This document shows, piece by piece, positions 19,488 to 25,840 of a DNA stretch of 25,840 bases. The notes below the pieces were generated by a model. The model was given only the letters and a program-made list of their open reading frames with translations. It ran no database searches and was not told the DNA's origin. A program made the position numbers and the translations under genes. Each line of letters begins with the position of its first letter. The stretch's first letter is position 1. This DNA is from Clostridiaceae bacterium (GTDB taxonomy: Bacteria > Bacillota > Clostridia > Oscillospirales > Acutalibacteraceae), in the NCBI GenBank assembly GCA_904502175.1, contig CAJGDU010000001.1, forward strand, positions 1 through 25,840. Reading direction: 5' to 3'.

Positions 19488-20533
19488 TTCTCTGTCATCT
19501 CCTTTGCGTGGTTTCTGCGGAGCTGGCCGCAGGAGGCCTCGATGTCGGGGCCCAGGGTCCGGCGCACAGTGGTCGTGATGCCGCTGCGCTCCAGTATGCT
19601 TGCGAACGCGGTCAGGCGTTCGTCAGAACTTCGTACATAATCGTTTTCCCGCACTTCGTTGGCCGGGATGAGGTTGACATGGCACAGCATGCCTTTCAGC
19701 CGGGAGGCGAGCTCCCTGGCGCACTCGTCGGAGTCGTTGACCCCGCTCATCATGGCGTATTCGAAGGAAATGCGGCGGTTGGTGGCGGCGATGTAGTCCC
19801 GGCAGGCCTTCAGAAGGGTCTCGATGTCCCACCGCTTCGCCACCGGCATGATGCGCCGGCGGATGTCGTCGTTGGGCGCGTGGAGCGAGACCGACAGGGT
19901 GAACTGGGGCCGCAGCTCCATGAGGTCGTAGAGCCTCGGGACGATGCCGCAGGTGGACAGCGAGACGTGCCGCATGCTGAGGTTGACACCGTCCTCGCAG
20001 GTCAAAAGTTCCAGGAACCGCATGACGTTGTCATAATTCAGTAGGGGTTCCCCCATGCCCATGAGGACCAGATGGGAGACCCTGATGTCCATGTCCCGCT
20101 GGGCCGTATAGACCTGAGCCAGGATCTCGGAGGGGCGCAGGTCGCGCTCGCAGCCGCCGATGGTGGAGGCGCAGAACGTGCAGCCCATATCGCACCCGAT
20201 CTGAGAAGAGACACAGACGGAGTAGCCGTACTTGTATTTCATGAGCACGGTTTCCACCGTGTTCCCGTCGTTCAGTTCATAGAGATATTTGACGGTGCCG
20301 TCGATGGCGGAGACCCGTTTCTGAAGGACCTTCGCGTCATAGATGACATACTGTTCCGCGAGCGTCTCCCGCAGGTCTTTGGAGAGGTTCGTCATTTCGT
20401 CGAACTCCGCCACATATTTTTTGTGGAGCCAGTCGTAGACCTGTTTTGCCCGAAACTTCGGAAGCCCGGAGGAAACCAGGTCTTCGGTCAGTTCCGGCAG
20501 GGTCATGGACCGGATGTCTTTCCGTTCGCTCAA
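19484..20533 (-). CDS. rlmN: 23S rRNA (A2503-C2) methyltransferase, radical SAM
   Basis: CDMGCTFC, MGMGEP, SLHAP, NLIP.N, ASCGQL; TTG start overlapping the rsmB stop. Confidence 0.95.
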   Translation of the reverse strand: MSERKDIRSMTLPELTEDLVSSGLPKFRAKQVYDWLHKKYVAEFDEMTNLSKDLRETLAEQYVIYDAKVLQKRVSAIDGTVKYLYELNDGNTVETVLMKYKYGYSVCVSSQIGCDMGCTFCASTIGGCERDLRPSEILAQVYTAQRDMDIRVSHLVLMGMGEPLLNYDNVMRFLELLTCEDGVNLSMRHVSLSTCGIVPRLYDLMELRPQFTLSVSLHAPNDDIRRRIMPVAKRWDIETLLKACRDYIAATNRRISFEYAMMSGVNDSDECARELASRLKGMLCHVNLIPANEVRENDYVRSSDERLTAFASILERSGITTTVRRTLGPDIEASCGQLRRNHAKEMTEK

Positions 20534-21852
20534 GTCTCCCCCGCCTTTTCGATGACGGCGTTGAAAAAACCGTCACACCGGTACTCCTGCGGAAAGTAGG
20601 TCTTCTGGAAGAGCAGCGTGCAGTCCGGATGGTCGGAAAGGAACCGTTCCACGACCGCTTCGTTCTCCGCCGGATTGAGGGAACAGGTCGAATAGACCAG
20701 CCGTCCTCCGGGCCTTAAATATCTTACCGCATTATTTAAAATATTATACTGTAAGGGCGGTAAATCGTCAACGAACGCGGGGTCCCGAAAACGGATCTCC
20801 GGTTTGCGTCCGATGTCGCCGAATCCGGCGCAGGGAACGTCGGCCAGGACCCGGTCCGCAGGACCGATCTCCGGGTCGTAAACTGTGGCGTCTCCGACGG
20901 CTGCTTCCACACAGGAAAGGCCGAGACGGGAGGCGTTTTCCCGGATGAGTTCCACCCGGTTCTCATGGAGGTCGAAAGCCCTGACGACACCGCTGTTTTC
21001 CATGTGTTCCGCCAGCGTACAGCTCTTTCCGCCGGGGGCGGCGCAAAGGTCGAGGACCACCTGCCCGGGCCGGGCATCGAGGTTCTCACAGCAGAGCTGC
21101 GACGCGGCGTCCTGAACATGGAACAGGCCCTCCCGGAAAGAGGGCAGTTCGGCGAGATCGCCGGGTTCCTTCAGAACGAGGGCGTTTTCGACTTTCTCGT
21201 GGGGTTCCGCAGAGACCCCTTCCTCCGCCAGTCGGGCAAGGAGGTCTCCCGCGGTCGTTTTCGTGGTGTTGACCCGGACCGTCAGCGGGCGCGGGCCAAG
21301 GGCGTCGGCAAGGATGCCCTCCGTTTTTTCCAGGCCGTATGCCTCTGTCCAGAGAGACAGAAGCGGCACCGGGACCGCGTATTTCACGCTGTAGTAGAGT
21401 GCCTGCTCGTCGCTCAGAGACCGGGCGTCTTCCTCCGGTCTTTCCCTGAGTTCCGGCAGTTGCAGGCCGTTTTCCGACACCTTGCGCAGGACCGCGTTGC
21501 AGAGGCCGGCACCATAGGCGGCGCCGTTCTTTTTGACGAGTTTCACCGTCTCGTTGATGGCCGCGTGGTCCGGGACCCGGTCGAGGAACAGGACCTGAAA
21601 CGCGCCCAGCAAAAGGGCCGTATAGACCTTCGGGTCCAGTTTGCGCAGCGGCTGTCGGAGGTACAGGGACAGCTCATAGTCCAGCGTCACCTTCCGCTCC
21701 AGAACACCGTAGACGAGACCCGTATAGAACGACTTGTCGGCGCCCGACAGGTCGTTGGACCGCAGGGCGCCGGCAATGGATAAGTTGGAATAGGACTGAT
21801 CGCGCAGGACACCCCGGAGCGTCTGGAAAGCCAGTTGTCTCGGGTTTTCCAT
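20530..21852 (-). CDS. rsmB: 16S rRNA (C967-C5) methyltransferase
   Basis: NusB-like N-terminal domain, VQD.AS, DLCAAPGGKS, DVPC.G, YSTCS..EN, DGFF. Start at ATG 21852 (MENPRQ) after GGAG. Confidence 0.94.
   Translation of the reverse strand: MENPRQLAFQTLRGVLRDQSYSNLSIAGALRSNDLSGADKSFYTGLVYGVLERKVTLDYELSLYLRQPLRKLDPKVYTALLLGAFQVLFLDRVPDHAAINETVKLVKKNGAAYGAGLCNAVLRKVSENGLQLPELRERPEEDARSLSDEQALYYSVKYAVPVPLLSLWTEAYGLEKTEGILADALGPRPLTVRVNTTKTTAGDLLARLAEEGVSAEPHEKVENALVLKEPGDLAELPSFREGLFHVQDAASQLCCENLDARPGQVVLDLCAAPGGKSCTLAEHMENSGVVRAFDLHENRVELIRENASRLGLSCVEAAVGDATVYDPEIGPADRVLADVPCAGFGDIGRKPEIRFRDPAFVDDLPPLQYNILNNAVRYLRPGGRLVYSTCSLNPAENEAVVERFLSDHPDCTLLFQKTYFPQEYRCDGFFNAVIEKAGET
20743..20771 (-). 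promoter_or_regulatory. Putative internal sigma-A promoter within rsmB, upstream of rlmN-stp-pknB-rsgA
   Basis: TTGACG (20771-20766), 17-nt spacer, TATAAT (20748-20743), in a roughly 60-nt AT-rich patch. Confidence 0.75.
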
Positions 21853-21853
21853 A

Positions 21854-22588
21854 TCAGCTGCTCCGACGGTTCCCGAGGAAGAGGACGATGAAGCGCAGGA
21901 GGTTGGCAAGCGCCGTGGCCACGGCGACCACATAGGTCATGGCGGCGGCGGTGAGCACCTTGCGTGCGCCGGTGTACTCGTTGCCTTCCAGCATCTTCGT
22001 CTCATCGATGACCTTCAGGGCGCGGTGGCTGGCATCCAGTTCCACCGGAAGGGTGACGAACTGGAAGAGGGCCACAAAGGCATACAGCAGCAGGCCGAAG
22101 TAGACGAGGCCGGCGATGTTCATAAAGATGCCGATGAGGGCCAGCGGGATGCCGGCTGCGGATCCGATGTTGCAGACCGGAACGATGGCGTTGCGCACCT
22201 TGATGGGCACGTAGCCCTGGGCGTGCTGGGCCGCGTGGCCCGCCTCATGACAGGCGACGCCGATGGCGGCAATGGAGGAGTGTCCGTAGGTGCTGTCCGA
22301 CAGACTGATGACATTGGTTTTCGGGTTGTAGTTGTCCGAAAGCTGTCCGGGGATGTGCTGGATGGCGACATTGGTGATGCCGTAATAATCCAGGACTTTC
22401 TGGGCAGCCTGCTCCGCAGTGAGCCCTTTGGAAGCCCGGAACTCGTCGTACTTCGCGTAGACGGACTTCACCCGGGACTGGGCGATGAGCGCCGCGAAGA
22501 AGCAGGCAAGGACCAGGATGTAAGACCAGGTGTAAGCGGAGCCGAACCCGTACTGGCTCAGCTGGCCGAGACCTTCATAACCGTACAT
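21854..22588 (-). CDS. Membrane zinc metallopeptidase (YugP-like neutral zinc peptidase family)
   Basis: L.D.YNP, S.AAIGVACHEAGHA.Q, VTLPVELDAS.RA, VL.AAAMTYV. ATG 22588 follows GAGGTG. Confidence 0.88.
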   Translation of the reverse strand: MYGYEGLGQLSQYGFGSAYTWSYILVLACFFAALIAQSRVKSVYAKYDEFRASKGLTAEQAAQKVLDYYGITNVAIQHIPGQLSDNYNPKTNVISLSDSTYGHSSIAAIGVACHEAGHAAQHAQGYVPIKVRNAIVPVCNIGSAAGIPLALIGIFMNIAGLVYFGLLLYAFVALFQFVTLPVELDASHRALKVIDETKMLEGNEYTGARKVLTAAAMTYVVAVATALANLLRFIVLFLGNRRSS

Positions 22589-22689
22589 AACATGCACCTC
22601 TCGATCGTTACTTTTTTATTATTAAATGAATGGGCTTTTTCCAAGCTAAATATAGGTGGAAAAGCTTAAAAATACCTATAGAAAACGGT

Positions 22690-23634
22690 TCAGGAAAGCG
22701 TGTCCCCTTCCCGGATCGGATGGCCCAGCAGATAGGCGCCGGCGGCCATCTTTTTGGAACCCACGGGCTGCACTTCCGGCAGTTCGACATAGGCCCCGTC
22801 TCCACAGCGGACATAGAGACTGTCCTTCGTCGCGTAGAGCTGTCCCGGAACGGAACAGCCGGTGTCGGCATCGGAGAGCTCCGGCGCCAGCCGGGAGGCA
22901 TGGAGTTTCAGACCTTTCCCGTCCCGTTCCGCGGTGGCGGAGGGCCAGGGAGACAGACCGCGAATGTGGTCATGGACCTTTCGCGCAGGGCGGTTCCAGT
23001 CGACCGGAGAGTCCTCCTTGGAGAGGAGTCCCGCATAGGTGCTGAGCGCGTCATCCTGAGGTGTTGCGGTCAGCGTGCCCGCCTCCAGCGCCACGAGGGT
23101 CTTCTGCAGGACCGTGCCGCCGAGGACGGCAAGGCGGTCGAACAGTTCCCCAGCCGTCTCGTTCTCTCCGATGGAGAGGGTTTCGGACAGCAGGATGTCG
23201 CCCGTGTCGAGGCCCTCATCCATCTGCATGGTGGTGACACCGGTCTCGGTCTCTCCCTCCAGGATACAGCGGTTGATGGGGGCCGCGCCCCGGTACTTCG
23301 GGAGCAGGGACGCGTGGACGTTGATGCAGCCGTATTTGGGGAAATGAAGCACATCGCCCTTCAGAAGCATTCCGTAGGCCGCGACCACGATGAGGTCGGG
23401 CTGCAGTTCCTCTAAAATGGGCATGGCTTCGCCGTTTTTCAGGGACTCCGGCTGATAGACCGGAATGCCGTGCAGCAGCGCGCACTCTTTCACCGGCGGC
23501 GCCGTCAGGACATGTTTGCGCCCCTTCGGTTTGTCCGGCTGGGTAAACACCCCGACCACCTCATGCCCTTCGGCGATGAGCCGTTCGAGGGAGGACACCG
23601 CGAAGTCCGGGGTGCCCATGAACACGATTCTCAA
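22690..23634 (-). CDS. fmt: Methionyl-tRNA formyltransferase
   Basis: RIVFMGTPDFA, TQPDKP.GR, AYG, NVHASLLPKYRGAAPI, GLDTGD. Start placed at TTG 23634 after AAAGGATGA. Confidence 0.96.
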   Translation of the reverse strand: MRIVFMGTPDFAVSSLERLIAEGHEVVGVFTQPDKPKGRKHVLTAPPVKECALLHGIPVYQPESLKNGEAMPILEELQPDLIVVAAYGMLLKGDVLHFPKYGCINVHASLLPKYRGAAPINRCILEGETETGVTTMQMDEGLDTGDILLSETLSIGENETAGELFDRLAVLGGTVLQKTLVALEAGTLTATPQDDALSTYAGLLSKEDSPVDWNRPARKVHDHIRGLSPWPSATAERDGKGLKLHASRLAPELSDADTGCSVPGQLYATKDSLYVRCGDGAYVELPEVQPVGSKKMAAGAYLLGHPIREGDTLS

Positions 23635-23641
23635 CAGCGTG

Positions 23642-24160
23642 TCATCCTTTCGATTCCTGGCGTTCGGCACGCCGTATTCTGGCCATTTCCTCCAGTTCCT
23701 CCCTGTCGTGGGGGTCCGGGTTCAGCCGGTCCAGGAACAGGATGCCGTTGGTGTGGTCGATCTCGTGGCAGTAGCAGACCGCGCGGAAGCCTTCGACTTC
23801 TTCCTCATGGTGCTCGCCGTAGCGGTCGTCATATTCGACGGTGATCTTCTCCGGACGGATGGTCTCGTAGTACTCGCCGGGAATGGAGAGACATCCTTCG
23901 ATATCGTACTGGATGCCCTCTTCCTTCGTGATGACGGGGTTGATGAGTTCGGTGACCCCTTCCCCGTCCTGCAGGTCCACGACGACGGCCCGCTTCAGCG
24001 AAGCCACCTGGACCGCGGCAAGGCCCACGCCCTCGTCGGCGTACATGGTTTCCACCATGTCATCGAGCAGTTCCCAGAGGCGCTCGTCGAACTTTTTGAC
24101 GACGCGGCTCTGTTTCCGCAGGATGGGGTCTTCTTTCAACACGACTTTTCTCGTTGCCAT
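23642..24160 (-). CDS. def: Peptide deformylase
   Basis: GVGLAAVQ, EGCLS, HEIDH. Confidence 0.96.
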   Translation of the reverse strand: MATRKVVLKEDPILRKQSRVVKKFDERLWELLDDMVETMYADEGVGLAAVQVASLKRAVVVDLQDGEGVTELINPVITKEEGIQYDIEGCLSIPGEYYETIRPEKITVEYDDRYGEHHEEEVEGFRAVCYCHEIDHTNGILFLDRLNPDPHDREELEEMARIRRAERQESKG

Positions 24161-24178
24161 ATCTTTTCTTCTTTCTAT

Positions 24179-25840
24179 TTATCCGTTCTCGACTTCGACA
24201 ACGGTGGTGATCCCATTGGATGCTTTGTCTCTGCCGAATGCCTGCAGCTGTTCCGAAAGCAGTTCCCGGAACCGGCCGGTGAACCGGCATTTCAGCAGGA
24301 TGCGGTAGCGGTAGGTGCCGCCGACCCGGACGACCCGTTCGGGCATGGGGCCGAGGGCGATGAGCTTGATGTCGGCATTGCGCTCGTCCCGGAGCGCCTC
24401 CTTGAGGGCCTCCAGGAACGTGGCGGCCGCATTTTCCACGCGGTCCTGCCGGACACTGCGGAAACCCACCGAGACCAGGGTGCAGTACGGCGGGTAGACC
24501 ATGGCTTTGCGCACGCCGATCTCATAGGAGTAAAAGGACTCGTAGTCCTGCTCCCGGGCGAACCGGATGACCTCGTTCCCGGGGTTCATGGTCTGGATGA
24601 TGGCTTTGCCGCGGAACTGGCCTCTGCCGGCCCGTCCGACCACCTGGGTGATGAGGTCGAACGTGCGTTCCATGCTCTTGTAATCGTCGTTGTAGAGCTC
24701 TTTGTCGGCATTCAGGACCCCGACCAGGGTGACGTTCTCAAAGTCCAGTCCCTTGGCCACCATCTGGGTCCCCACCATTATATCATATTCACCTTCCCGG
24801 AAGGCGGTCAAGTTGCGGTCATACGCGAACTTCTGCATGGTGGTATCGGCGTCCATGCGGAGGATGCGCGCGCCCGGCAGAAGCTCCGCCAGCTCCTCTT
24901 CCACCTTCTGCGTCCCGCTGCCGGAGTAGCGGACCGTCTCCTCGCCGCAGGAGGGACAGACCCGGGAAAACGGTACGGAATAGCCGCAGTAGTGGCACAT
25001 GAGGCGGCGGTTGGCGTTGTGGTAGGTCAGCGAGATGCTGCAGTTCGGGCAAGTGACCACGTGTCCGCAGCTCTCACAGGCGACATAGGTGTTATACCCC
25101 CGCCGGTTCATGAGCAGGATGGACTGGCGGCCCTCCTCCAGCGCCTTCTTCATCTCCGCTAGGAGCGGACGGCTGATGGAGGACTTGTTCCCCTGGCTCC
25201 GCTCTTTGCAGAGGTCCACGAGAAGCACGTCGGGCAGGGTGGCGTCTCCGTACCGGGAGCGCAGCGTGAAGAGGTCGTAACGGCCGTTCTGGGCCGCGGC
25301 ATAGGTCGTGAGACTGGGGGTGGCCGACGCCAGCACCAGCAGCGCTTTGTGGTTGGCGCAGCGGTACTTCGCGATGTCCCGGGCGTGGTACCGGGGACTG
25401 CGGTCGGACTGATAGGTGTGTTCCTGTTCCTCGTCCATGATGACGAGGCCGAGGTCCCGCACCGGGGCAAAGACCGCGGACCGGGTGCCGACGACGATTT
25501 TCGCCTCGCCTGCCTTCACCCGCTTCCACTCGTCGAGCCGTTCTCCGGCGGAGAGGCCGCTGTGGAAGACCGCGACGGTGTCGCCGTAGCGGTGGCAGAA
25601 CAGGTCCAGCGTCTGGGGCGTCAGGGAGATTTCCGGCACCATGACGATGATGCCCTTCCCCGCCGCCAGCACATCGTCGATGAGCCGCAGGTAGACGGAG
25701 GTCTTTCCGCTGCCGGTGACGCCGTAGAGGAGCGACACCCCGCCGCCTTCCGCCCAGCGGGACTTCAGGCCGTCGAAGGCCGTCTGCTGTTCGGGTTCCA
25801 GAAGGATGGGGGTCTGTTCCCCTTTTTCCGGCACATCGTA
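24179..25840 (-). CDS. priA: Primosomal protein N' (replication restart helicase); 5' end lies outside the window
   Basis: GVTGSGKT, VPEISLT, DEEQE, SATP, four CxxC pairs, GTQMVAKGLDF, QVVGRAGR; frame open to the window edge. Confidence 0.96.
   Translation of the reverse strand, partial: YDVPEKGEQTPILLEPEQQTAFDGLKSRWAEGGGVSLLYGVTGSGKTSVYLRLIDDVLAAGKGIIVMVPEISLTPQTLDLFCHRYGDTVAVFHSGLSAGERLDEWKRVKAGEAKIVVGTRSAVFAPVRDLGLVIMDEEQEHTYQSDRSPRYHARDIAKYRCANHKALLVLASATPSLTTYAAAQNGRYDLFTLRSRYGDATLPDVLLVDLCKERSQGNKSSISRPLLAEMKKALEEGRQSILLMNRRGYNTYVACESCGHVVTCPNCSISLTYHNANRRLMCHYCGYSVPFSRVCPSCGEETVRYSGSGTQKVEEELAELLPGARILRMDADTTMQKFAYDRNLTAFREGEYDIMVGTQMVAKGLDFENVTLVGVLNADKELYNDDYKSMERTFDLITQVVGRAGRGQFRGKAIIQTMNPGNEVIRFAREQDYESFYSYEIGVRKAMVYPPYCTLVSVGFRSVRQDRVENAAATFLEALKEALRDERNADIKLIALGPMPERVVRVGGTYRYRILLKCRFTGRFRELLSEQLQAFGRDKASNGITTVVEVENG
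24777..24811 (-). promoter_or_regulatory. Possible internal promoter within priA, upstream of def-fmt
   Basis: Extended -10 TGA-TATAAT (24785-24777), overlapping TTGACC-N18-TATGAT (24811-24782). Confidence 0.45.

Noticed and set aside
21853..21933. N-terminal extension of RsmB in the ORF track
   Set aside because: Overlaps the peptidase gene; SD and homology support ATG 21852.
25420..25440. PriA motif II reads DEEQ rather than DEEH
   Set aside because: Single substitution with all other helicase motifs intact; probably a lineage variant with no supportable functional claim.

Overview
High-GC Bacillota (Clostridia, probably Oscillospiraceae/Ruminococcaceae-like; taxonomy inferred from gene order and protein style) chromosomal window, almost all minus-strand housekeeping genes. 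Reading right to left: priA (partial)-def-fmt-Zn peptidase-rsmB-rlmN-stp-pknB-rsgA; an accessory block (Lys-rich 131-aa hypothetical, an HCP/prismane-like protein fused to a DUF1858-like CxxC domain, a secreted SGNH hydrolase); rnhA (the only plus-strand gene); rnj-gdpP-rplI-dnaB-tilS-hpt-ftsH; and a divergent type IIA topoisomerase B subunit (partial, absent from the ORF track). The most notable object is the HCP homolog: an intact, colinear ORF in which every recognisable Fe-S ligand motif of both clusters is missing or substituted. It is fused to a Cys-containing redox domain and apparently co-transcribed with an unknown basic protein. Near-consensus sigma-A promoters are also embedded as AT-rich, rare-codon islands inside tilS, rsmB and priA. 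No rRNA, tRNA, CRISPR or mobile element was seen. All homology calls rest on recognising motifs by eye; no searches were run.
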